A stretch of DNA of 64,000 bases from Eledone cirrhosa (lineage: Eukaryota), in the NCBI GenBank assembly GCA_964016885.1, contig OZ024741.1, positions 43,648,001 to 43,712,000 of the forward strand, read 5' to 3'. The notes under the pieces are model-generated. The model worked only from the letters and a program-made list of their open reading frames with translations, did not search any database and was not told where the DNA came from. The position numbers and the translations under genes were made by a program. Within the stretch, counting starts at the first letter, position 1. Every line of letters starts with the position of its first letter. Shown one piece after another: positions 1 to 12,986 of this stretch.

Positions 1-907
1 TAAAATACTATCATAAAAGTAAGTAGTTGAAGGACTTTCTGTTTGTCAAACTAATAGTAGAACCACGTGAATATTGGTCAAACCTAGACAGCAATAAAAT
101 GATTTGCTAAGCAATAGTGCTACAATCGGCTGAAGCAGTTTGTCGTCAGCATTTCTAAAAAATATATGTTTGTATATAATCCTTTTCAATAGTGAACATA
201 TAACAAAGCTTATTCACGCCATAGATTTGTGTAAACATTTAATATATCCTTTCATACCTCCATGACTGAGGTTTTGTGTCTCTAATACTTTTATTGTTAG
301 AAGTATCTATGCAATTGCTTCCACTAATCTGAAGGGAGGCCTATTTCGGAAGACTAATCACTGAATGAGAAGTTAGAATAGATGAATCTAATAATATATA
401 TTTAAATGCATCATAGCTATCATCAGCTTCCCATTTAGGAGAGACACCAGACATCATACAAGTAGAAAGATCTCTTTTTCTGTTGAAAATCCAACATTAT
501 AAAATGGTACACTCAATTAAACCTTGCGAATTCTTTTGCTGGTTTGAGAGTTGAGAGGGTGAACATGTGTGTGTGTGTGTGTGTGTGTGAGTGTGTGCGT
601 GTGCGTGTGCGTGTGTGGTGTGTGTATTTGTCTTTTACATCAGCTTTCTTTATTTCATTCTTGAATTACTTCTGAGCAGCACCACACACCTCCTTGTATC
701 CCTCTTGTTTCAATGTTTTCTGTATTTCATCTGCCTGTCACCCAACGCATTGATTCTCTTTATGTCGGCCACAGGCAGCTGGTCTCTCTCATCTTAGGCT
801 TTTTAGCCTACCACTGTCCTTGACAGCACTTCGCTGTTTTATCGGCTATGCTAGTGATACATTTTCTCATTTCTTTATGTATATATATATATATATTTAC
901 AGTATAT

Positions 908-1100
908 ATAATTGTTTCTACTCTTGGCACAGGTCAGAGATTATCCCAGTGTATTACTGGTACTTTATTTTATCGACCCCGTAAGGATGAAAGGCAAACT
1001 TAACTTCGGTGGGATATGAACTCAGACCATACAGGGCGGTAACTCTTTGCTGAAAAGCATGGCATCCAACCCTCTACCGATACTGCCAATCCACCGCCCC
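908..1100 (-). mobile_element. tRNA-derived SINE, family 1
   Basis: Reverse complement has a tRNA-like head (ggcggtggattggcagtatcggtagag ... gagttcatatccc) and the central block gcctttcatccttacggggtcgataaaataaagtaccag, which recurs at ~21.0, 35.3, 41.1, 57.0 and 60.3 kb. Confidence 0.8.
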
Positions 1101-1350
1101 TGTATATATAATGAATATTTACATCGATACAATGCTACAATCCTAGAGGCCACATCAATTATTCCCACCTTTCCGGAAAAAGGTACTTAATGATACAACG
1201 TGTAAAAAGGACATATTTCATAGCACACACAGAACAGAATGCAATGTACACGTATGTGTATGTTTGTGAATGCATGTGGAATAATAGTTAGTGTGCTGCC
1301 ACATATGAACGTAATGTCGTGTGTGTATATATATATATATATAATATATA

Positions 1351-1686
1351 AATGGAAAAAATGAAATTTTATTTCTCACTCTTAGTAGGGCTGATACTTA
1401 AATAGAAGTATGTATACGTACATACATATATGTATACAGATGTACAGTAGTATGTATATATATACATACATGCACACATATATATATATGTAGGTATGGG
1501 TTTACCGAATTAAGCCGTACAGTGTTCGGCAACTATCGTTGCCCTTTTGCTCAACACTGACATAGGACGATGAACTAGTTTCTAGCTTATTAGCTCTTAT
1601 CAGCACCGTATACCGTCCTGCCGGTCGATTGAACGCTTGAAAGTATATATTTTCCCTATGCATATTAACGGCTGAGCAACCTAATT

Positions 1687-1690
<4 letters not shown>
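1351..1690 (-). mobile_element. Dispersed, diverged copy of the ~420-bp HHR-bearing repeat arrayed at 52.0-53.8 kb
   Basis: Matches the array unit (e.g. ctcttagtagggctgatacttaaata vs ctcttagtacggctgttacttaaata). Decayed HHR at 1564-1619 with core CTGATAA. Flanked by (TA)n. Confidence 0.8.
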
Positions 1691-1727
<37 letters not shown>

Positions 1728-2493
1728 GGTGTTGGATGCTTAAAGCGCCCATATACGGTAGGCCGTATGAGCACTCGATGCCCTCATAGAGCAGAGTATG
1801 AATAGGAAAATCTGGTTTGTAGAATCGAGACGTATGCGAGGACCGTGCGATTTCAGAGTCAGGTTTGATCACCACATCGATCGTGCCTCGAGCTGGTCTC
1901 CCGAGAAACAATTGTAATGTGTCCAATAAATTCCTTTCGTCGCAACACGGATTCTCTTTTTTCTGTGATATATATATATATATGCATATTAATTTCAACA
2001 ACGTCAATATTCCGTGTTTCATAATTCTCAATTACCATTGGTTCATAGGTTTCAATCGACCTCCGCCCACCTCAACGACGCTAAACTTAAATTATTACGC
2101 ATAATGCCAATGAGAGAGTGAGAGGGGAGAGTAAGAAACAGAGGCAAAGAGAACGCTGTAACTATAACCATGTGTGCGTGTGTATGTACGTGCGCGTATG
2201 TTTATGTGTGTGTGCGTGCGTGCAGCGTTCCACAGAAACTAAAAACTATCAACATGTGTGAGTGTGTAAGTGTGTGTAAGTGCACGGGTGCGTGTGTAAG
2301 TTTGCGTGCGTGTGTGCGTTTCCATGCGTGTATGTGTGTGTACGTGGGGCGTTCCACAATCGCCACGCAGTTTATCTGTCTGTGTGCCTGTCTCTCAGTC
2401 TAACATTCACAGAGTTGTGAAGGGAGTAAATAGGGACGTATTTTTACATTGACGGACATCTTTTATTTTTATTATTGTGTCATTTTTTGACAA

Positions 2494-5400
2494 TTGCTCG
2501 AAATGAATATTGATAATAAAAGCAATTCGACTTTATCAAGCAGTGAATTACAGCGGCGACGGCGTGCAGACACGAATGAAGAAAAACGGCCCGAACAGCG
2601 CCATCGGAACGCCGAACTTCAGAGGCGAAGAGGTGCCGCCATGAATGAAGAGGAGCTGGCTGAACAACGCCAACGAAACACTGGAGCCAAGCAGCGACGG
2701 CGTGCTGCGATGGTTGAAGACGAACTGGCTGAGCACATCAGCAGATGGCCGGAATTCAGCAGCAACGACGTGCTGAGATGGATGAAGAGGGGCTAGCTGA
2801 ACAGCGCCAGTGCAATACAGAAGTTCAGAGAATGTGTAGCCAAAGTGCTCCTCATTCCAGTAAAGAAGCTAGAAGGCGAACGGATGATATTAAAAATGGT
2901 TCATGGCAACCGTGTCATTTTCAGATTGTTGGACGAGCAGTGTCCACATTGTGGTGCATTGTTTTGGAGGCACGAAAAGACGTGGACCACAATGTGCTGT
3001 CATAAAGGAGCAGTTCAACTAGAACCCTTGCGAATGTCGGATGATGAGGAGTCAGTCACCGGAATTTAAAATACTAAGTATGTGGGGTGAGTCAAAGAGA
3101 CCGAGGTAGATTACTGCGCAAATATTCGGGGCAAATTAACAATTCATTAGCTTTAGCATCGCAGAGAGTTAGTGAGATGTTTGAGGGTGGAGCATGGCAA
3201 CGAATGTAGTCATTCAAGGCCGTTTGTATCATTGTATCGGTCATTTAGAAGTTATCCCAGGAGAGAGGCCTCGATTCGCTCAAATTTACGTTAACGATCC
3301 AGATTATAGTGAATCGGGGGAGGATATCAGGATCGGTTGGATGAATTGCCGGGAAATATAACTGAACTTGAACGGCAAAGGTTAATTGATTTTATCCGAG
3401 ATTTGCAATCATGGATTAGACAGTGTAATCCTTATGTTATGGATTTCATGTTGGTGGCTGAACTTCAAAATGTTCAGCAGCAAAAATTGGTGATTAAGGC
3501 TGACGCAGTGCCAAGGAATCAACATGAACGGCGATATAATGCCCCTGAAGGATTTCGTGAAGTTACTGTGTCGATGGACGATAAGCCTGGATCGAGAGAT
3601 ATCGTCCTCAATCGCAGAGATGGTGGTCTCAAGACTATCAATGAGTCAAATAGGGCATACGATCCATTGCATTATGTTCTTGGATGAAAATGGATGGAAC
3701 ATGTCTGTTCATTTAGATGATCATGAGAATCAGCATCAACAGGGAGGCGGGAATAGACACAATAATTCGATTCGCAACTTTTACGCGTTCCATTTGAACG
3801 AGAGGAATCAACAGAGAAATGCGCCATTTCAAGCCAGCAGATTGTTCCAGGAATACTGTTGTATGGCATTCGCAATGATAGAAAATCAAAGGCTAAATTA
3901 TATAGCTACACATCAGCAACATATCAGAGCTCAATTGTATAATAATATACAGGATGCGATAACAGCCGATGATGCCAATTACAAGCAAATTGGTCGACGC
4001 ATCATCGTTCATCGGCGGCCCGAGATATATGAACATTCGCTATCAGGATGCAATGGTTATTGTCAGAAAGTTTGGAAAGCCAGATTTGTTTATAACGGTT
4101 ATATGCAATCCTGAATGGACTGATATTAAGGATGCACTTTTGCCAGGATAACAGCCAAAGGACCGTCCTGATATTATGGCAAGTGTATTCAAAGGATATC
4201 TGAAAAAGATAATGGATGATGTGGAAAAAGAGCGAATCTTTGGAGGTATAGTTGCTTTTACATACGTAATTGAATTCCAAAAAAGAGGATTGCCACATGC
4301 ACATTTGCTGATCATTTTACATAGAGATTGCAAATTGAGATGTGCTGAGGATGTTGAGAGCGATGTGTGTGCTGAACTGCCGGAGAATCAGGCACTACGC
4401 AACTTGGTGGAAAAGTCAATCGTGCACAACCAATGCGGAGTGGCAAATCGGAAAGCGCCTTGCATGAAAAATGGCCAATGCAGTAAGCGCTTTCCGAAAT
4501 CTTTTGTCACGAACACTTCCTGGAACGACGGGGATGCTCATCCCTCATACAGATGGCGGTTTGGTCGAAAATGTAAACGGTCGACAGGTTACAAATCAAT
4601 GGGTTGTGCCACACAATACATATTTGATTATGAAATATTGTTGTCATATTAATGTGGAAATTTGTAGCTCAGTGAAAGCTTGCAAATATCTATTCCAATA
4701 TGCTTACAAAGGTCATGATCGGGCAATGATTAATGTCAGGAATGAGGAAGCGAACCAAGGAGATGCAGTTGGCAGGTTCCAGGATGTTCGTTCGATTGTA
4801 TCTAGCGAAGCTTGCTGGAGATTGCTTGATTTTGATCTCAATGAACGCAAACCCAGCGTCCAGAAACTGACGGTTCACTTAAAGAATAGACAAATGGTCT
4901 GTTTTCAGGACACTAGAAGAGGTGTCGAAAGAATTGCTAACGCACCACCTCCTAAGACCGAATTGACTGAGTGGTTCAAGCATAATAGGGAACATGCTTT
5001 GAACCCGGATCAAAGGCAACTCTACTGCCATTTCCCTTCGCACTATACGTGGGATAAGAAGGGAAAGAAATGGAATGATAGAAAGTAAAAGTTAGATTCA
5101 TGACTAGTGGACGGGTTTGTAATGTCCATCCAACATCTGGTGATGTGTTTTATCTCCGAATTCTGTTGCATAATGATTTTTCGTGAGGTAAACAGAGCTT
5201 CGCTGATTTGAAAACTATCAATGGCGTGGAATATGAAACATACCAGTCTGTGTGTCAACATCTGGGACTCCTTCAGGATGACGCTGAATGGAATAACGCC
5301 ATGGAAGCTGCAGGAACAACACAGATGCCAGCTCAAATAAGGCAGTTGTTTGTCACGATTCTAGGATTCTGCAATCCTGCCGATCCAAGAGAGTTATTTG

Positions 5401-7059
5401 AACGCCATTGGGGAATTATGGCTGATGATTTTAGGCATCATCTTCAGGTCGATAATGAAAATTTGATGAAAGCTATTGTTTTGCTCAATATTGAGCAACT
5501 GCTTGAAGTTCATTTAAAATGTTTAACAGATTTCAATTTGCCAATTCCTGATGAAGAAATGCAGCAACGTGTCTTAGCATTGAACATGACATTGCAGCTT
5601 AGACGGTTGCCACTCGATCAGATGGACCTATTCCAGTTTGATCCACTGGAACAGCAACGTATTGTGGATGAACGTATGCCAATGTTGACCCAATCTCAGA
5701 GAGAATTGGTCGATGGCGTTCTCCATTCGATTTCCACTGATGAGCAGCTTTGTGCTTTCATAAATGCTCCAGGAGGCACCGGAAAGACATTCTGTTTCAA
5801 CACTATGTTATCGGCAGTCAGAGCTCAGAGGAAGATTGCTCTCCCCGTGACCACCAGTGAGTTCTCTGCCACTTTGCTGACTGGTAGAAGGACCTTCCAC
5901 TCATGATTCAAGGCTCCATTGGTCCGGATGAGTTGAGTGTCTGTAACATTACAGGACAAAGTGAATTCGCGAGCCTTATACGCAATACGTCTCTGATTAT
6001 TTGGGACGAGGCTCCAATGTCACACAGATCTTTGTTGGAGGCATTGGACAGAACTTAGAGATATTTGCTGTAGTGACCTGCCATTCGGTGGTAAGATTAT
6101 CGTTCTTGGTGGAAATTTCAGACAGGTGCTACCAATTGTTAGGAATGCTGAAAGAGCGCAAATTGTCGATGCATCTCTGAAAAAGACCCCGTTGTGGCGC
6201 CATTTCAGAGTTTTGCGATTACACGATAATATGTGACTTAGTATGTTTGGGCAAAACGAAGAGGCTGAGACATACGGCCGATGGTTGATGCAGTTGGGAA
6301 ACGATGACTTTCCACACGTTGGTGATAATCAGACTGTAAGAATCCCAGACCATTTTGTCATGCCACTGGAGCGCCAAGCATTGATTGACTGGGTGTTCCC
6401 TAATTATGAATGCTTTCTGGCAGAATATCTCCTGGATATCGGAACGCGTTATTCTAACTCATACGAATGCAACGGTCGATGAAATAAATTCACAAGTAGC
6501 CGGAATGTTTCCCGGAGAGGAATGGTTTACCGTCAGTGCGGATGCAATGGAGCCTAATCAGCAGAACAATATGGATGTTCCGACTGAGTATCTGAATTCA
6601 CTTCAAATACCCGGATTTCCCCCACATATTCTGTGATTGAAAAAGGGTATGCCGATTATATTGGTTAGAAATATCAATCATAAAATGGGTCTTTGCAATG
6701 GTACCAGATTTATTGTTGAGAGATTGATTAACGGAAGAGTTTTAGAAGCTAAACTCCCAGGCAGAGAGGAATCGGTTCTCATTCCGAGGATCATGCTGAG
6801 ACCAAGTGAAGATCTGCTGCCATTCATTTGGCAAAGGAGACAGTTTCCCGTCAATTTGGCCTTCTCCATGACTGTCAACAAGGCACACGGACAGACGTTC
6901 AAGCGAGTCGGTGTCTACTTGAATGATCCAGCATTCAGCCATGGGCAAATGTATGTTGCTGCATCTCGAGTGTGCGATCCTGATGGTATAACATTTGCAA
7001 TTGATACCACTAACAGAGGAACAACCCTGAGTATTGTCTATAATGAAGCTTTGAGCTGA
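2494..7059 (+). pseudogene. Helitron Rep/PIF1-helicase (RepHel), broken by frameshifts and stops
   Basis: N-terminal EQRQRNAELQRRRR repeats and CPHCGALFW..CCHKG zinc motif. Rep motifs FGKPDLFITVICNPEW, VIEFQKRGLPHAHLL (HUH) and KYLFQYAYKG. Helicase motifs APGGTGKTF, IIWDEAPM, QFPVNLAFSMTVNKAHGQT and FSHGQMYVAASRV. Confidence 0.95.
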
Positions 7060-7103
7060 TGTATGCTATCAATATGTGCTATCAACAAATGCTATCAATA
7101 AGT

Positions 7104-7387
7104 GACGTAAATGATTCGGACATTGGTGTGCTTTGATCAGTATTGTGAGCTTTGACAGAGTTATCATTTATGTTCAATGTCATTTAATGTCGTTATGAGC
7201 AATAAATACCGACAAGTATTGGTATAAATTGCCTTCACTGTTATGAATATTCGACGTAAATGATTCAGACATTAGTGTCCTTTGATCAGTATTGTGAGCT
7301 TTGACAGAGTTATCATTTCTGGTCAATGTCATTTATTGTCGATAATGATCAATAAAAAGCAACAAGTATTGGTAGAAATTGCCTTCA
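7104..7387. repeat. ~149-bp-period tandem duplication downstream of RepHel
   Basis: gacgtaaatgattc...aaattgccttca occurs at 7104-7237 and 7253-7387. Confidence 0.85.
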
Positions 7388-7785
7388 AATGTATCGCTTC
7401 TGATTGCAGTGGTAATAAAACCTCATCATATGTTGAGTGTGGCAAAAAGGTTGGATCCTATGGCCGACTTGGGCTAGAATAATATTGAAAAACGATTCTG
7501 TTTTCGAAGTAGAAGGATCCGCCATTTGGAGTTCAGTCAGTCCACCTCCCCGAGTTGAACTCTGGGCAACATTGACTGTCTATTAATCAGTGGCTAAGAG
7601 CCTGGAAATTACTGAATAAATTTTTGTGTCATATAATTTGTTTTTTTATTATTATAGTTGACCACTTATAGATAAGCATGTTATCCGTGTCCATATTAAT
7701 TTGGCATTTGTATAAACCCTTTCAAGTAAATAGGGATCTTTTTTACATTGACGGACATCTTTTATATTAATTATCTATATCTATA

Positions 7786-8132
7786 TCTACATATAATATA
7801 AAAGATTGGAACTTCCATCATCCTTTTCAGAAAAGTGGAACAACCACGTCTATGCAATGATACACGTTTTACAGTCAGGCAGAAGATGAACCATCTCCTA
7901 GAGGTCACTATTCTAGGTGGGAACACCTAGAATTGTTCATATACTATGCACAAACGGTACAACGAAGAATCTGGTATATATGGAAGTTTTATTTTACTGT
8001 TTTATGTATCTAACAGACACCACGGACTCGCCTCATACTGTAACCAGAAAAACATCCAATACAGTCATTTTCTCTTTTACCTGTCTTCTCTTATCATCTG
8101 TTTACCCGGGCGAAGCTGGGTACGTCAGCTAG
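7786..8132 (+). mobile_element. Non-autonomous Helitron (internal-deletion derivative)
   Basis: A|TCTACATATAATATAAAAG 5' end. Helicase C-terminal remnant GTPRIVHILCTNGTTKNLVYMEVL. 3' hairpin acccgggcgaagctgggt followed by CTAG|T at 8129-8133. Confidence 0.85.
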
Positions 8133-8146
8133 TATATATATATATA

Positions 8147-9200
8147 TTCTTCTCCCCATTTTTCACATATATTTACCTAAACTGCGATTCTGTTTTTTTT
8201 TCTCTCTCTCTCTCTTACTGCTCCCTCGTTCTCTCTGTTTCTCCTACTTTCTTTCGCCCCCTCTGTCATGTCAGTTAACTCTTCCTCACACTTCCACTCA
8301 CTCACTCACTCACTGTTTCTCCTCTTCTCACTTCACCCCGTTCGGGACGAAAACATTTTCTCTCTTTCTCACATTTGGATTCGTTCCCGAAAGGTCTTTT
8401 TTCTAAGCGCTCATATATTCACCTAGCTTATGCTAACAGAATTACTATGTAGCTTGTTCCCTTCCTTCTACGGTTAGCTCTCCTCTTTGTTGTTATCTTG
8501 TCTCACTCGCTTTACGCGTTTTAATTGTCCTAATAACTTAATTTAGTTATTATTGCACCGACGTGAGGTATATGATTTTTAATGCAATGAAATATCTATG
8601 ATCGTCGGCAAATCACTGATGAAGGACTCATTTTATTACATGTTATCCATGTGCAATCTGCAGTATTCTTCTCCCCATTTTTGCACATATATTTACCTAA
8701 ACTGCGATTCTGTTTTTTTTCTCTCTCTCTCTCTTACTGCTCCCTCGTTCTCTCTGTTTCTCCTACTTTCTTTCGCCCCCTCTGTCATGTCAGTTAACTC
8801 TTCCTCACACTTCCACTCACTCACTCACTGTTTCTCCTCTTCTCACTTCACCCCGTTCGCGACGAAAAGATTTTCTCTCTTTCTCACATTTGGATTCGTT
8901 TCCGAAAGGTCTTTTTTCTAAGCGCTCATATATTCACCTAGCTTATGCTAACAGAATTACTATGTAGCTTGTTCCCTTCCTTCTACGGTTAGCTCTCCTC
9001 TTTGTTGTTATCTTGTCTCACTCGCTTTAGGCGTTTTAATTGTCCTAATAACTTAATTTAGTTATTATTGCACCGACGTGAGGTATATGATTTTTAATGC
9101 AATGAAATTTCTATGATCGTCGGCAAATCACTGATGAGGGACTCATTTTATTACATGTTATCCATGTGCAACCTGCAGTATTCTTCTCCCCATTTTTTCA
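8147..9200. repeat. Two near-identical ~517-bp tandem units plus a short third start, between (TA)n tracts (pLTR-like layout)
   Basis: ttct(t)ctccccatttt starts at ~8147, ~8666 and ~9181. The units are almost identical by eye. Confidence 0.85.
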
Positions 9201-9214
9201 TATATATATATATA

Positions 9215-9771
9215 TAACAATACAACAGAACAAATGCGAATAAATAAGGAAAATATGTTTATTCAAAAATATAGACCAACATTAAATAAGGTTTAATATA
9301 CATTATGTCAACACCACAATATGACACACACACACACACATAACACTTTCTACTTTAGAAAATAAAAACCCGAACTAAATAAACCTTAACATACGTTTGC
9401 ACTGGCAATACAACAGCAAACACAAAAAAGTAAGGAAAATATGTTCATTCAAAAATATTCCTACTAAAGGAATCACTTTCCTACACACACACATACACAC
9501 ACACACAATATATATATTCTCTTCATCTTAACATGCTAACCATACTCCCACACACATAACACCCATACACACACATAACAACCCCCACACCTACAACTCC
9601 CTCCCCATTTCTACTAATAGAACCACTTTCCTACACACATATATATATACACACACACAAAATATATATTCTCTCCATCTTAACATACTCGCACACACAC
9701 ACATAACACCCATATACACACACACATACAACTCCCTCCCCCATCTCTACTAATAGAATCATCTTCCAATA

Positions 9772-9848
<77 letters not shown>

Positions 9849-10462
9849 GCACACAAATAAACATACATATCTTCAGTCTCAATAGAAAATCTGAACTCTG
9901 ACACCCCGGCGAGCTGGCCATATTCACTGAACCAGAACATTTCTCCCAATCTCTTGACCACTATCTCTCCATTGTCATAACATCCACTATAAAGAATACA
10001 GAATAGTTTTCCAAATAAGGGCGCAAAAAGTTAATAAAAACTTGTTCACGTGAGAGCCAAATTTCATTTATAACCAACCAAAAAAAAGCCTTCGTGAGCC
10101 TCCTTTTTTCAAGTAAAAAGAAATTCAAACACTCATATATGAAAAAACAACCTGTGACACCCCCCCCCCCCTCTCTTATTTGAAGAACTATTGTAACGCG
10201 AACTGGCGCGAAATTTATTATAATTATTGACAAACCAATCAAATTACTTCTCGAAAAACCTGGAATTTCGAGCCACTTTTTCCATATAAAACAAGTAACA
10301 TTCAGAGACCAACCAGATGTGAGAAAAACCACAGAACCTCCATCTCAACTCACCTTTTGAAAAGCAGAAGAACTGCGAAACCGGTAAAGGAACCAAATAA
10401 ATATATATATTTAAAAAAAAAATAAGACTTCTGTTGCATTTTCGATTTCATCTCTTTTTCTT
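9215..10462 (+). mobile_element. 3' (pLTR) fragment of the Neptune-like PLE family seen at 22.3-30.8 kb
   Basis: Colinear with ~29360-30815 and ends in the same tail (gttgcattttcgatttcatct) before (TA)n. Confidence 0.85.
10353..10390 (+). ncRNA. Minimal type I hammerhead ribozyme, U3-A8 core variant
   Basis: cctt-TTGAAAA-gcag aagaa ctgc-GAAAC-cg-GTA-aagg. Stems I and II pair, and stem III is the palindrome ACCGGT. Confidence 0.8.
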
Positions 10463-10466
10463 TATA

Positions 10467-10554
<88 letters not shown>

Positions 10555-11162
10555 CCAGTATAAATACCAGTATCTGGGTATCAAAAAATAAATATGGTAT
10601 TTATAGGTCTCTACAAGTGGTAGGAGAGGGTGGGGAGTGGGATGGGTGCAGGTCATTGGTTGATAGAAAAGGGAATTCATTAAAAGCTAATTCTACAAAG
10701 CTATAGTTTATTTTTATTTATTTATGTTTTTAGAGTAACAAGGGCAGAGAGAATTCTATAAACAGGATCCGGATGGCATACCATTCCTTGTCATTAAGTT
10801 TCTCTTAAGCTAACAGATGTCTATAAAATCAGTGGGGGGTCAGTCATGGTCGATAGAGTTAAAGAAAAGGGAGATTCTTTAAAAGCTAAAATCATTAAGG
10901 TTCTACTAAGTGACAAAGGTCTAGAGAATTCTGCAGACAGATTCAAAATACTGAGTGCATATCTTACTATTATCTTCGAACTTCTCTTAAACTAATCAAC
11001 TATATGCCAAAAATCAACAGACACATTCACAAAAAAACAAAAAAACACATACTGACTCACACACTTACTCGCAACCATAAACACACACACAAACACATAT
11101 ACACACATAAAACCACACACACATATATAAAAATATATTCATGTACACACACATACATACAC

Positions 11163-11245
<83 letters not shown>

Positions 11246-11456
11246 TATATACACATATATACACACACAGATATATATATACACATACACACACACATAC
11301 ACATACATACACACACACACACATATATATACACATATATATACACATATATATATTCTAGTCCTGTAGAATCTCATCTATATTAAAACTTTTATACTCT
11401 GCTATGTATTGAGTACCTTACTTACTGTGGTTACCTCCGACTCAACCCGGAATAAC

Positions 11457-11489
<33 letters not shown>

Positions 11490-11490
<1 letters not shown>

Positions 11491-11818
11491 TACCTGACGT
11501 ACCCAGCTTCGCCCGGGTAAACAGATGATATTTTATATATATATTTATATACATATATAAAGAAAAACAAACGAGTAAGTTTCTTATCTACGTATTAGGT
11601 CACTATTGTGTATCGAACTGTTACGCGTATTTTGTAAATAATTGGCTCAGGTTCAATTTTTCACTTTGATTTTAGTAGTTATTTATTCCAATTTGATATT
11701 TATTTTACAGATCAGGTTTTTGCGAGCGGCTCGTGTAGCGGATATAAAAACAGTAAACATAATTACACAAACATTTATTTGAAACCCTGAAGTCAATTGT
11801 GATGCGATTACGAAACAT

Positions 11819-11904
<86 letters not shown>

Positions 11905-11917
11905 ATATATATATAGA
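11490..11917 (-). mobile_element. Non-autonomous Helitron
   Basis: Minus strand reads A|TCTATATATATATAAAG(AG)n ... tatcatctgtttacccgggcgaagctgggtacgtcagGTAG|T. The last ~40 bp match those of 7786-8132. Confidence 0.8.
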
Positions 11918-12049
11918 TATATCACCTTGACCGACAAGTCTGTCGGGCGCCAATCGGCGCCGCTGGTCACAGCACGTCGTGCTGTTTTAGCCGTAAGATA
12001 ACCCCATCCCACTGGCTGGGCGGGCAGGCTGATATATATATACATAAAT

Positions 12050-12086
<37 letters not shown>

Positions 12087-12114
12087 ATGTATCAAAATCA
12101 ATACAATATAATTA

Positions 12115-12184
12115 CCTCATTACCAGAGGTTTCCCGAATGAGGCGAATACGAAATAAACGACTTCATTCGTTCGTCTGACGAGG
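12115..12184 (-). ncRNA. Hammerhead copy in the inverted pLTR, core mutated (CAGACGA)
   Basis: Reverse complement of the 16365-16434 motif with a U4 substitution. Confidence 0.7.
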
Positions 12185-12986
12185 TAATATAAAACATGGG
12201 TAAATACTTAGAAAAACTCATCAAGAAAATCAAAAAAAAGGATATAGATAAATGAAATAGAAATTGAAATATATAAAAATCTATCAAGAAATATAGTTAG
12301 GTGTGTGTATATGTATGTATATACGCTCACAGATGTGCATATATGTATATGCACACATGTATACGTATAGTGAGAAAGTGTGCGTAATTCTAAAATTTAG
12401 GGCAAATGTATCTATATTTCTGTCTGTAATCTACAGACAGAAATAGTTACATCATAAATATATGAATATGAAGGCGCGCGCATAAAACGCCTGCACACTC
12501 GTACACTTAGATGCGGAAAGAAAGGAGGTAAGGGAGTGTAATAATTAAAAGAAAAGTATCAGTATCGATATATTTATAAAAATATAATAACGATAAATTC
12601 GAAATAAAAAATAAAAAATATATTTAGAAAGAAAAAATTAAAGAAAAGGAGACAAAAAAGGGGTACATACGTACACAGACACGCATGTCTCACAAAAGAA
12701 ATGTAAAAATATATATGCTTATATACACACGCGCACTTATTCGGGAAACCTCTGGTAATGAGGTAATTATATTGTATTGAATTTTATACATTAAATTTTG
12801 CTCTGATACTTACATAGAGCACTCTTCATTTCTATGACCTTTTCTGTTTCCAACGGAAATTTCAATACTTATAAAGCTCCCAAGGGAATGATCGCAGCAT
12901 ATTCTACATCGTTATGAGATTGGCACCTTCCAGCCCTTTTAAAGTCGAGCACTCTTCAGTCATAGGATTTTAAACCAATACCGAAC

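Larger units (their letters stand above)
1723..7772 (+). mobile_element. Autonomous-type Helitron (decayed); termini uncertain
   Basis: Contains the RepHel pseudogene. Bounded by (TA)n on the left and by a second Helitron on the right. No canonical TC/CTRR pair found for this unit. Confidence 0.65.

Noticed and set aside
908-1100. tRNA gene
   Set aside because: No complete cloverleaf. The tRNA-like head continues into a multi-copy SINE body.
2494-7059. Helentron or intron-containing intact gene
   Set aside because: The Rep motif is the canonical Helitron RGLPH, no endonuclease domain follows, and the breaks are small frameshifts and stops inside conserved motifs.
9631-11386. ORFs rich in YI/CV/HT repeats, here and throughout the window
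   Set aside because: They are translations of (TA)n/(CA)n microsatellites.
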